Shown: positions 26,303 to 34,202 of the stretch, piece by piece
How the letters are laid out: every line of letters begins with the position of its first letter
Position numbering within the stretch: the first letter of the stretch is position 1
IMG/VR virus record: IMGVR_UViG_3300027747_004524
Span: 58,855-122,854 of that record
Source of the DNA: a virus
Reading direction: 5' to 3' (one strand)
DNA length: 64,000 bases
The notes under the pieces: model-generated
What the model was told of the DNA's origin: nothing
The model's input: the letters and a program-made list of their open reading frames with translations, nothing else
Database searches by the model: none
Program-made: the position numbers and the translations under genes

Positions 26303-26870
26303 ATTTGTTGTTTTTAGTGCTTTCCATTAGATCTTTTACATTGTCTTTACAGAAGCCATGCTTGCCTCTTTCAATGAATTCATAGATAACACCTGTTAGT
26401 TGACTTGGCTTTGTAAAAACTTGTGTTAATCCTGGACATGTTAGTGGTTTATTTGAGGAGAACTCTGCATAACCCTTTGTTCGCCATTCTTCCATCGTCT
26501 TCTCTACACTTTCTACCTGATATGCTATATGATGAACTCCTCCTACATTGTCTCTTCTAGCAACCCACTGTCCTACTATAGATTCTGGGTCACCGTCTGA
26601 TACGAATATTTCAGGAGGTAAGTGATATTCGGCAAACTTTGTCTCATCAATATCTCTGTTTGTGTTTGGTCCCACGTATTGTCTTATTAGCCAATGTAAT
26701 TCATCAACTACTGGCTTTTCTGGTGGTTCTAGTGCTATGCACTTAGCACAAGTTCCATCTGCAAAGTTAATGTCGAATTCTGTTTGAATTCTATAGCCCA
26801 ATGCATCAATGAAGAATTGGGCTGTTTTTTTTCTATCCAAGGCTCTATATGCAATGTGGTCTAGCCTCAT
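26301..26870 (-). CDS. VOC/glyoxalase superfamily protein
   Basis: LDHIAY, GGVHHIAYQV, QVFT...GVIYEFIER metal-binding motifs. Confidence 0.8.
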   Translation of the reverse strand: MRLDHIAYRALDRKKTAQFFIDALGYRIQTEFDINFADGTCAKCIALEPPEKPVVDELHWLIRQYVGPNTNRDIDETKFAEYHLPPEIFVSDGDPESIVGQWVARRDNVGGVHHIAYQVESVEKTMEEWRTKGYAEFSSNKPLTCPGLTQVFTKPSQLTGVIYEFIERGKHGFCKDNVKDLMESTKNNK

Positions 26871-26922
26871 GTTATTATCCCCTTTTTATAGTTAACCTTC
26901 AACTATAAAATAGTATTTTCTA

Positions 26923-27444
26923 TCAATTATCCAACGACCAATGCATAAAAAGTTTGGTCGTCCACTGGTCAGGCAAACACACCAAATCATCCCGCCAATG
27001 TTCCATAGTGCGGCCCAGCATCATGGCACCATCACCATCTTCAACATTAAGAACAACTGTATTCCCCTTTTTGTCTATGCAATAAAGAGGCCATTCGTTT
27101 GTTAATGTAGACTTTAATGATATTGATAGGGTGTAATCTAACCCAACCCTATCGACATGTTTTTTTAATCGCCCGCCGTTGTAGTAAATTCTTCCGTAAG
27201 TATTAGCAGGCTTTATTTTTATTTGAAGCTTTTTTGCTATTTGTGGTGTTAAGGCTCTTAAATATTGTTCAAACTCCGGGCAGTTTCCTCCATATGATTC
27301 TCCGTAGTGATCGGAGGCACCGCTCTCATGCTTCAGCATGTTTTCATTCTTCATCCGAAAAAGAATGTCCGTAAAATGCTGACAGATAGAAGGAGGTAAT
27401 ATGCCTTTTACATAAACGTAACCAAGATCGCTAAAGTGCTGCAT
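26923..27444 (-). CDS. 2OG-Fe(II) oxygenase
   Basis: RIYYNGG.LKKHVDR (HxD), GDG...G...HWR (distal His plus Arg). Confidence 0.85.
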   Translation of the reverse strand: MQHFSDLGYVYVKGILPPSICQHFTDILFRMKNENMLKHESGASDHYGESYGGNCPEFEQYLRALTPQIAKKLQIKIKPANTYGRIYYNGGRLKKHVDRVGLDYTLSISLKSTLTNEWPLYCIDKKGNTVVLNVEDGDGAMMLGRTMEHWRDDLVCLPDQWTTKLFMHWSLDN

Positions 27445-27466
27445 GTTGGTCTCATGATAAATTAAA

Positions 27467-27538
27467 TGGGACGTGAGGGAATCGAACCCCCGACCAAAAG
27501 ATATGAGTCTGTCTCACAGTTTCTCCTTTTGGCGTCCA
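27467..27538 (-). pseudogene. Degenerate tRNA(CAU)-like RNA
   Basis: Minus strand ...ACAGACTCATATCTTTTGGTC-GGGGG-TTCGATT-CCCTC-ACGTCCCA; T-arm intact, anticodon loop one nt short, D-arm absent. Confidence 0.65.
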
Positions 27539-27542
27539 CAAC

Positions 27543-27570
27543 ATTATATGCAAAAATCTTTTTTTTTCAA
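27543..27570 (-). promoter_or_regulatory. Sigma70-like promoter for the tRNA-like RNA
   Basis: Minus strand TTGAAA-16-TATAAT ending just upstream of 27538. Confidence 0.6.
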
Positions 27571-27620
27571 CGTAGCTCAGTTGGTTATTATTTTTTGATT
27601 AGACCATACTATATAAAAGT

Positions 27621-28187
27621 ATGGAATACGATAAGTTAAAGGGTTATCTTGATAAGAACATGACTCTAAGGCAAATTTCAATCGAAAGCAAAAAATGTCT
27701 TGCTTCTGTTCGTTATTGGATGAAAAAACATGGGTTTAAACCTAATTTTGCGAACTTTAAGGGAGGCTATAAACCTGGTCAAAAAATAATTGGCAATGAC
27801 AGATATTGTCCTTCTTGCAAAGTTTATAGAAACATAAACGATTTTTACTCAAGAAGGAAAACTAACTGCACGGGCTACTGTAAGACTTGTATATCTAAAA
27901 AGACTACTGAACGACAAAGAAAAATTAAGAAGGAGATGGTCGAATACAAAGGGGGCAAATGTCAAAACCCGAAGTGCTCCACGCCAGGAGGATATAGTCG
28001 TTCAATAAATGGTTTGGACTTTCATCATATAGATCCTTTGAAAAAAGAATTTAGTATTTCTCAAATAAGGCTTACTAAGATGAACAAAAAAATTAAAAAA
28101 GAGTTGGATAAATGTATTTTGCTTTGTGCCAACTGCCATAGAGAAAGACATGAAGAGCTGCTTCTTGAAAGAAAAAAAAGCACCTGA
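27621..28187 (+). CDS. Free-standing HNH (homing-type) endonuclease
   Basis: N-terminal HTH-like segment, CPSC/CKTC zinc finger, GGKC...LDFHHIDP..K.F.I...ELDKCILLCANCHRE.H. Confidence 0.85.
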   Translation: MEYDKLKGYLDKNMTLRQISIESKKCLASVRYWMKKHGFKPNFANFKGGYKPGQKIIGNDRYCPSCKVYRNINDFYSRRKTNCTGYCKTCISKKTTERQRKIKKEMVEYKGGKCQNPKCSTPGGYSRSINGLDFHHIDPLKKEFSISQIRLTKMNKKIKKELDKCILLCANCHRERHEELLLERKKST

Positions 28188-28193
28188 AAACAG

Positions 28194-28478
28194 TCCGAGA
28201 GGTGGGGCACGATCCCACAACCCACAGATTATGCAATCCACTTCGGCTTTCGCCGCCAGAACTTCTTCTGTTCGTGGTCTGGACTATGCCTTCACCTTTG
28301 TTGTTGCCAACTTTAGGTGGGTGATTATAGTCTCTACACGTTCCCTTTCGGGCTTCGCTCGGCGTTGGGTCGTCCTTTTGAGACAGGCCGTTCACCGAAT
28401 TTACACCTGACTAACCACCCGTTTCCAGATGGCCGACCCGTAAAAGTCTGTTGCTCTAACCAATTGAGCTACTCTCGG
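28194..28478 (-). tRNA. Intron-containing tRNA(CAU), probably tRNA-Ile2; exons 28478-28445 and 28233-28194; no encoded CCA
   Basis: Spliced form CCGAGAG-TA-GCTC AATTGGTTA GAGC-A-ACAGA CT|CAT AA TCTGT-GGGTT-GTGGG ATCGTGC CCCAC-CTCTCGG-A; all four stems pair. Confidence 0.9.
28234..28444 (-). ncRNA. Self-splicing group I intron (211 nt, no ORF)
   Basis: P1 GACU/GGUC with a U.G pair at U33; P AAATTCGGTGAA; Q AACGCCGAGC; R GTAGAGACTATA; S AAGGCATAGTCC; GNRA loops in P2, P6, P8 and P9; terminal omega-G. Confidence 0.9.
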
Positions 28479-28485
28479 AATGTTT

Positions 28486-29145
28486 TCAGACGCTCTTTTG
28501 TGTGATCACCTCTTCAACCAATGACTCAATTTTTTTCTTTGCAAACTTTTCCAAAGACAGTTCGTTTTTTGCCATCTCTGGAATTATTCTTTGACGAACC
28601 CAATTTCTTCTGCTGCCCTTGACTGCAGAGTTGGTTTCGTCCTCTACAATATAATGCTTTAATTTGTTTCTGTCAACGTACTGTTGAAAATCTTTTTTCT
28701 TCGTTAGAAGAAATGGGTGCACAACCTTATAGTTTGGAAATAGACTCCACAAGGGAATTGGTTCGTGATCTGGTTTCCCCCTGAAACAGTTCAGAAGGTA
28801 GCTTTCAATCCAATCGTTTAAGTGGTGGGCCGTTATTAGAATTCCTTCTTCCTCTTTGAAAATAGTAGAATAGAATTCAACTCTAGCTCTTCTGCATTCT
28901 GATTCTGTGTTTAGATTATTGCCATATCCACAAATTCCTTTTATGTGAAATTCTTCGCAAAACTTTTGGAAATTTTTTTCCATTTCATCGTTTTGTTCTC
29001 TGATTTTGTGGTTAAAGTGTACTCCAACAACCTTGTATCCTTTCCACATTAACCAATGCAAAGATGCTAAACTGTCTACTCCCATAGAAACTGTAACGTA
29101 AACAGTTTTTTCTTTGTTGAGTAATTGCTTTATGATCTTTATCAT
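28486..29145 (-). CDS. tilS: tRNA(Ile)-lysidine synthetase, catalytic domain only
   Basis: PP-loop SMGVDS, HFNHKIR, RR.R..F, TAHHLND..ES.LLN, HPFL, DETN, RN.VR..IIP. Confidence 0.85.
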   Translation of the reverse strand: MIKIIKQLLNKEKTVYVTVSMGVDSLASLHWLMWKGYKVVGVHFNHKIREQNDEMEKNFQKFCEEFHIKGICGYGNNLNTESECRRARVEFYSTIFKEEEGILITAHHLNDWIESYLLNCFRGKPDHEPIPLWSLFPNYKVVHPFLLTKKKDFQQYVDRNKLKHYIVEDETNSAVKGSRRNWVRQRIIPEMAKNELSLEKFAKKKIESLVEEVITQKSV

Positions 29146-29194
29146 GTTCCTATTTCCGAATTTTGAATTTGCCTAATTTCTTTTTGGGCAAGGC

Positions 29195-29223
29195 TTTACA
29201 TCTTGAAACCTACGTGTTATCAT
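29195..29223 (+). promoter_or_regulatory. Sigma70-like promoter for clpX
   Basis: TTTACA-17-TATCAT with TG extension. Confidence 0.6.
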
Positions 29224-29282
29224 TAGGTTGTGTAGGCTAAGTATGGGCTTAACAAGTACAAAATTTAGAATAGGAGATCTAA

Positions 29283-30554
29283 ATGGCTAAGAAAACTATG
29301 AGTTGCGACTTTTGCGGCAAACCAAACAAGGCGGTAGGAACTTTAATCGAATCACCTTCTTTTGACAAGGAGGTAAACGGAAGACCAAAGGGAACTAATT
29401 TTTTCATCTGCTATGGTTGCGTTGAATTAGCTCATAAGATGGCAAGACAAGACAACAAGAAACAAAACAACCAGCAGAAGCAAACAGAGACTTCGGCCTA
29501 TCCTGTTTCTCCTAATCCCAAAAAAGTTGTTGAGTTTCTTGATCAATATATTATTGGACAAGATTTGGCAAAGAAAACTCTTGCCGTTTCTGTTTGTAAT
29601 CATTATAAGCGTCTTATTTCTCAAGAAGACGATGATGTTAACATTGAAAAGTCTAACGTGCTTCTAATTGGCCCAACCGGATCGGGTAAAACTCTTTTTG
29701 CAAAAACCTTAGCAAAATATTTGAACGTTCCTTTTGCGATTGGAGACGCTACAACCCTAACAGAAGCGGGCTATGTGGGGGAAGACGTAGAGAACCTTGT
29801 TCTAAAGCTTCTTCATGCTTCTGACTTTGATGTTGAGGCCGCACAGAGAGGCATCATTTACATAGACGAAATAGACAAGATAGGCAGAACAAACAATAAC
29901 GTCTCCATCACTAGAGACGTTTCTGGCGAAGGTGTTCAACAGTCTTTGTTGAAGTTGGTAGAAGGAACTGTTTGCAATGTCCCTCCAGCAGGAGGCAGAA
30001 AGCATCCCGAACAACAGTTTATTCATGTTGATACCACCAACATTCTGTTTATCTGTGGTGGTACATTTACTGGTTTAAATGACATAATCAAGAAGAGAAT
30101 TGGTAAAACCGCTATTGGGTTTAACAACTCCTCTTCGGATAATATCGAAGACAAAGATCTCTCATTTCAGGTTGTTGAAGAAGACTTGGTTGAGTTTGGC
30201 CTGATTCCAGAGTTGATTGGTAGGCTTCCTTGCATCACTCCCTTGAAGCAGTTTGACATTGAATCTCTTGTTAGCGTTTTGTGTGATCCGAAGGACTCTC
30301 TAATCATGCAATACAAGAAGCTGTTTAGGTTTGATAACGTGGAATTAGACTTCACAAGGGAAGCTTTAGAGGCTATTGCCAAAAATGCCCTTGATAAGGG
30401 CACTGGAGCTCGCGGCCTTAGAAGTTCTATGGAGAAAATACTCCTTGAACTGATGTACGAAGCCTCCGATCATAGGGGAGAATCGATTGTGATAACCGAT
30501 GGCGTCGTTTTAGGTAAGGAAAAGCCTTGTTTTGCCAAAAATAAGGCTGCATAA
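29283..30554 (+). CDS. clpX: ATP-dependent Clp protease ATP-binding subunit ClpX
   Basis: C4 zinc finger, [47 protein letters not shown] loop, GARGLR. Confidence 0.97.
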   Translation: MAKKTMSCDFCGKPNKAVGTLIESPSFDKEVNGRPKGTNFFICYGCVELAHKMARQDNKKQNNQQKQTETSAYPVSPNPKKVVEFLDQYIIGQDLAKKTLAVSVCNHYKRLISQEDDDVNIEKSNVLLIGPTGSGKTLFAKTLAKYLNVPFAIGDATTLTEAGYVGEDVENLVLKLLHASDFDVEAAQRGIIYIDEIDKIGRTNNNVSITRDVSGEGVQQSLLKLVEGTVCNVPPAGGRKHPEQQFIHVDTTNILFICGGTFTGLNDIIKKRIGKTAIGFNNSSSDNIEDKDLSFQVVEEDLVEFGLIPELIGRLPCITPLKQFDIESLVSVLCDPKDSLIMQYKKLFRFDNVELDFTREALEAIAKNALDKGTGARGLRSSMEKILLELMYEASDHRGESIVITDGVVLGKEKPCFAKNKAA

Positions 30555-30566
30555 CTAATTTAAGTT

Positions 30567-31130
30567 ATGCGAGTTTTTACCTATTTCGATAGCAATCTTT
30601 GGGATCTCCACAACAAAGGTTGGCGAAAGCTTGGTAGCATCGATGCTGTGGCATTGATGTCTCCTGACTTAGATGCGGATGACAGGAGGGAAATAGAACG
30701 CTTGTTTCCCTCCTGTCATCTTATTGATACATCTTTCTATGATATGTGCAATTTTATCCTTAGCCAAGTTAAGGACGGCCAAGAGTATTTATTTACATCC
30801 CCTGCCAACTACCCTCCTTTTGAATTTCCCACAAACAAAGATGCATTTTGTAGATCAAAGGAAGACGCTTCTTTAGACCTTAAAATGCAGCTTTCTGAAC
30901 CAATAACAAGTCTTTTGAATAAAGTAGACCTGATAAAAAGCACAGAGGTTGTGTTGGATTCATCCTTGATTTTCGGCACAACAGATTTTTGGGTTGCTTT
31001 TGTCGGCTTCCAGAATTATTTGAAGCAAGCTGGCTACTTTACCAACACAGTTAACGCAAAATATGGTGATTTAGTACTGAGTCTTTTTTATCGTAATTCT
31101 TCTTCCTTTTCTACAGAAATCCAGAAATGA
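30567..31130 (+). CDS. Hypothetical protein
   Basis: 187-aa ORF in the clpX operon. Confidence 0.6.
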   Translation: MRVFTYFDSNLWDLHNKGWRKLGSIDAVALMSPDLDADDRREIERLFPSCHLIDTSFYDMCNFILSQVKDGQEYLFTSPANYPPFEFPTNKDAFCRSKEDASLDLKMQLSEPITSLLNKVDLIKSTEVVLDSSLIFGTTDFWVAFVGFQNYLKQAGYFTNTVNAKYGDLVLSLFYRNSSSFSTEIQK

Positions 31131-31540
31131 CAACCCCTATATTTGTTTATGGAACGTTAAAAAGCGGTCACTCTAGGAACACTCTTCTAAAGGACCAGAG
31201 ATATCTCGGTACAGCATCAACAATTCCAAAGTATAAAATTTACAGATACAGCTCTTTTCCTGCATTGGTTTCTGACGATGATGGTAAGAGCATATTTGGT
31301 GAATTGTATGAAGTTTCTGATTCCTGCTTGGTTGAGTTAGATGAGGTTGAAGGCACAAAGTTTGGATTGTTCTCTAGGGGTACGATTCTTCTGAAAGAAA
31401 CTACATTTTTTTCTTTACCTCTATATAAGAGATCTTCAGACATGCTAATGGAAAACTCTGCGATAGCTTATTTTTTTGTTAACAAGGAAAAATTGTCTGC
31501 TTTAAAAGATTGTGGGAACAATTGGACCATTATGGAGTAG
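31127..31540 (+). CDS. Gamma-glutamylcyclotransferase (GGCT/AIG2-like)
   Basis: IFVYGTLKSG..N, GELYEV, LDEVEG. Confidence 0.85.
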   Translation: MTTPIFVYGTLKSGHSRNTLLKDQRYLGTASTIPKYKIYRYSSFPALVSDDDGKSIFGELYEVSDSCLVELDEVEGTKFGLFSRGTILLKETTFFSLPLYKRSSDMLMENSAIAYFFVNKEKLSALKDCGNNWTIME

Positions 31541-31940
31541 AGCAGTGAACCAACAATACTATTTCTTCTACCCCCTCCTTTCTATCTTAGTTTTGTTCTG
31601 TTTAAGATTTATCTTCTTACTTAGGAAAGAGAATAACAGGCTTTATTCTTTAAATAAAGAATTGGATATTAAATTAAAAAACGATATAGAAGATACTCTG
31701 GGGCTTGCTACATCCGAGCAGCTTGTAAAGCAATTAAGGATAAGAACAAACATGCCTTTTATACTTCTCTTACCGATAAAAGAGAGAGACTATAATGGGA
31801 TTACGATAGAGTCCCACGGCATAAATCAAACTTCTTGTTTTGCAATTCTTCATTTAGCAAAAGCTATAACTGCACAGAATTTTAAAAAAAATGGCATGGA
31901 GCCTCCTAAGCTTCCTCCTTTAAATGATTATTTTGAGTAA
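31512..31940 (+). CDS. Hypothetical membrane-anchored protein
   Basis: N-terminal TM helix followed by a coiled coil. Confidence 0.55.
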   Translation: MGTIGPLWSRAVNQQYYFFYPLLSILVLFCLRFIFLLRKENNRLYSLNKELDIKLKNDIEDTLGLATSEQLVKQLRIRTNMPFILLLPIKERDYNGITIESHGINQTSCFAILHLAKAITAQNFKKNGMEPPKLPPLNDYFE

Positions 31941-31999
31941 TCTCTATTTACTCAAGAGAAGTTTTCATATAAAATTCTTTCTATCAAAAGGAAGAATTT

Positions 32000-32860
32000 A
32001 TGAAAACTCTAAAAGACAGACATAGCAAAGCTAAAAACTATTGTGAGCGTGTTTTTGCTCACGACAACTTTAAAAGCACAAAAGAAGTCAAAAAGTTTAT
32101 ATCTAGAGTTTTTGACTTTTCTTCTCCAAACCTTCTTTCGCAAGAAGATGAGATTATTCTTTTTAAGAAGATGAATTATTTTAAGTTTAAGGCAAAGCGT
32201 TTGCTTGAGGTGGAAGATATTTCTGAGAAGAGACTTTTAAAGGCTGAGTCGTTCATAAAAGAAGCAAAAAATATTAGGAACTTTATTGCTGAGTGCAACT
32301 TTCGTCTTGCTAACCAAGTTTTGAAATGCAATATTTCGTACTATAAAAAGAACAGTTTGGTAGATTCCCTTTTGTCCGATGCCTACTTCGACATCATAAA
32401 GTCTGTTGACTACTTCAATTGGACCCTGGGCAATAGGTTCAGCACTTACGCCACATGGGTTGTTAAGAAAAACTTTTTCAGGGAATCGAAAGAAAACCAA
32501 AAGAGATCCAAAAAAGTTGTTCATCTGGAAGACTTTGATTCTTCTCTTATGAAGGAGGGTGAAAGCTCATTAAAGATAGAGCTTGATCATAAAAGCCATA
32601 AACAGGTGGTTTCAATTCTTCTTTCAATGTTGGAAACAGGAGACTGTGCTAAAGATCAAAAAAGGCAGGTTTTTATACTAGAGCATTATTTTGGCCTTAA
32701 TGGACAAGACGATTGTACACTTGAGGAAATAAGCCACAAACTTGGAATTACTAAGGAGCGAGTAAGACAGTTAAAGGAGAAAGGGCTCGATTGGCTTAGG
32801 GGCCAAATAGCACATATGAATTTAAATTACGATTCTATTTTCGAGTCTGTGAGGTATTGA
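32000..32860 (+). CDS. Sigma-70 family factor (group 1/2-like)
   Basis: LLS.E.E..LF.KMNY.KF, N.RL, F....G.RFSTYATW, YFGL....TLEEI...LGITKERVRQ. Confidence 0.9.
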   Translation: MKTLKDRHSKAKNYCERVFAHDNFKSTKEVKKFISRVFDFSSPNLLSQEDEIILFKKMNYFKFKAKRLLEVEDISEKRLLKAESFIKEAKNIRNFIAECNFRLANQVLKCNISYYKKNSLVDSLLSDAYFDIIKSVDYFNWTLGNRFSTYATWVVKKNFFRESKENQKRSKKVVHLEDFDSSLMKEGESSLKIELDHKSHKQVVSILLSMLETGDCAKDQKRQVFILEHYFGLNGQDDCTLEEISHKLGITKERVRQLKEKGLDWLRGQIAHMNLNYDSIFESVRY

Positions 32861-32885
32861 CAAACTAATTAATTTAGATCATAAT
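32857..32885 (+). promoter_or_regulatory. Sigma70-like promoter
   Basis: TTGACA-17-CATAAT. Confidence 0.6.
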
Positions 32886-32918
32886 AGGACCCTCGTCCAG
32901 AACACAAGAACAAGGGGG

Positions 32919-33167
32919 TTGCCTATGCTAAGAAGATATAAAATAATTAGCGGAGAATTTTCATTGGTCCTTAAAGAGGCCGATTGTGAAAAAGCTGCTT
33001 ATGAGGCTATACGTCTTCATAGTGAGAGCAGACACCACTCCCAGCTTGGTCAATTAACAATGGTGGAGTGCAAGCAAGAAGATGTTAAGTTTTTTTTCAC
33101 TCAAAACATTTTAGACGATCTTATTTATGAGCCAACAGCAGTAGCAAAAAATCTCTCCCGCTTTTAA
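32919..33167 (+). CDS. Hypothetical protein
   Basis: 82-aa ORF downstream of a promoter. Confidence 0.55.
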   Translation: MPMLRRYKIISGEFSLVLKEADCEKAAYEAIRLHSESRHHSQLGQLTMVECKQEDVKFFFTQNILDDLIYEPTAVAKNLSRF

Positions 33168-33238
33168 TTGTGGATTTATATGACATTGCGAACGGGTCAA
33201 TCGTCCCGCTGTACCGTGATCCGGTTCTTGATTAGCCT

Positions 33239-33997
33239 ATGATCTGCTACACGCGTAATTTCGAAGATGTTATTTTACAAAGAGTTTTTTCTGAAGTTGT
33301 TCAGGGCAGTTATTTAGACGTTGGTGCCTCTTCGCCCGTCTTGGATAGCAACACTTACGCTCTTTATGAAAAGGGCTGGCGAGGTGTTGCTATAGAGCCC
33401 ATCCCAGACTATAAAGACTCATGGGAGAAATATAGACCTCACGACATTCTGATAAATTCTGCCGTTGGTTCTTCCAAAAAAAATTTAACTCTACACATAT
33501 ACGATCAGGCCCCACAATGCTCTAGTGCCTCTAAAGATGTGCAAATTCACTTAGAATCTGCCGGTCTACAAAAAACTCGTACGTTAACAGTTTCTGTTTT
33601 GTCTTTAGATGATCTAGTAAACAAATACTTTTTACAAAAAGTTTTGCATCTTCTTTCCATCGATGTAGAAGGAATGGAAAAAGAAGTGCTGCAAAGTTTA
33701 GACTTAAGAGTTAATCGCCCTTGGGTTGTGATTTTGGAGGCAACTCTTCCTGGAACTTCAAAGCCTACCCACCACGCTTGGGAACCTTATTTGTTAAACA
33801 ATGGTTACTTGTTGACTTATTTTGATGGGGTAAATCGTTTTTATCTTGCCCAAGAACATAGGCGTCTTTTGGTGCATTTTGCTCTGCCCCCAAACGTTTG
33901 GGATGGGTTTCGCTCTATAAAGGAGCTAAATCTAGAGAGCCAAGTCCAACAACTAAAAGCCCAAGTCCAGAGTTTGCAAACGCAAATTTTGAATTAA
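33239..33997 (+). CDS. FkbM-family methyltransferase
   Basis: YLDVGA..P..DSNT..LY..GW.G..IEP, LSIDVEG.E..VL. Confidence 0.9.
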   Translation: MICYTRNFEDVILQRVFSEVVQGSYLDVGASSPVLDSNTYALYEKGWRGVAIEPIPDYKDSWEKYRPHDILINSAVGSSKKNLTLHIYDQAPQCSSASKDVQIHLESAGLQKTRTLTVSVLSLDDLVNKYFLQKVLHLLSIDVEGMEKEVLQSLDLRVNRPWVVILEATLPGTSKPTHHAWEPYLLNNGYLLTYFDGVNRFYLAQEHRRLLVHFALPPNVWDGFRSIKELNLESQVQQLKAQVQSLQTQILN

Positions 33998-34034
33998 GGC
34001 TATTCTTAAACTTAGCTTTAGCTGGGCAAAATCA

Positions 34035-34055
34035 TTGTACCCTATAAGGGTGTGC
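34035..34055. promoter_or_regulatory. 21-bp palindromic motif, copy 1
   Basis: TTGTACCCTATAAGGGTGTGC (ACCCT-ATA-AGGGT); 20/21 identical to 42857-42877. Confidence 0.6.
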
Positions 34056-34084
34056 CTCGGAGCTAAAGGCTTCCAAAAACTGGT

Positions 34085-34112
34085 TTTACAACGGTTTTTT
34101 GGTTGCTATGCT
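34085..34112 (+). promoter_or_regulatory. Sigma70-like promoter
   Basis: TTTACA-16-TATGCT with TG extension. Confidence 0.6.
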
Positions 34113-34202
34113 TAAGGTACCAAGAGAGTCAATCATTCTCTGGGACTCACAACGTTTGTGAAGTCCCTGAATTTAGAATGGCAACTTTCTAGGAGTAATG
34201 TT

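Noticed and set aside
28194-28478. Reading the split tRNA as tRNA-Lys(UUU), since the 5' exon continues CT-TTT-A
   Set aside because: That junction would leave the intron ending in ...GCAT rather than G and lose the U.G pair in P1. Splicing after U33 and after the omega-G gives canonical group I boundaries and a perfect CAU loop
28194-28478. Initiator tRNA-fMet
   Set aside because: C1-G72 is paired and the anticodon stem lacks the three consecutive G-C pairs. Elongator Met cannot be fully excluded, but adjacent tilS favours Ile2
28002-28505. ORFs 28002-28241, 28093-28395, 28126-28410 and 28317-28505 as an intron-encoded protein
   Set aside because: They overlap structured RNA (tRNA exons and intron core), have no recognisable motifs and do not sit in a peripheral loop
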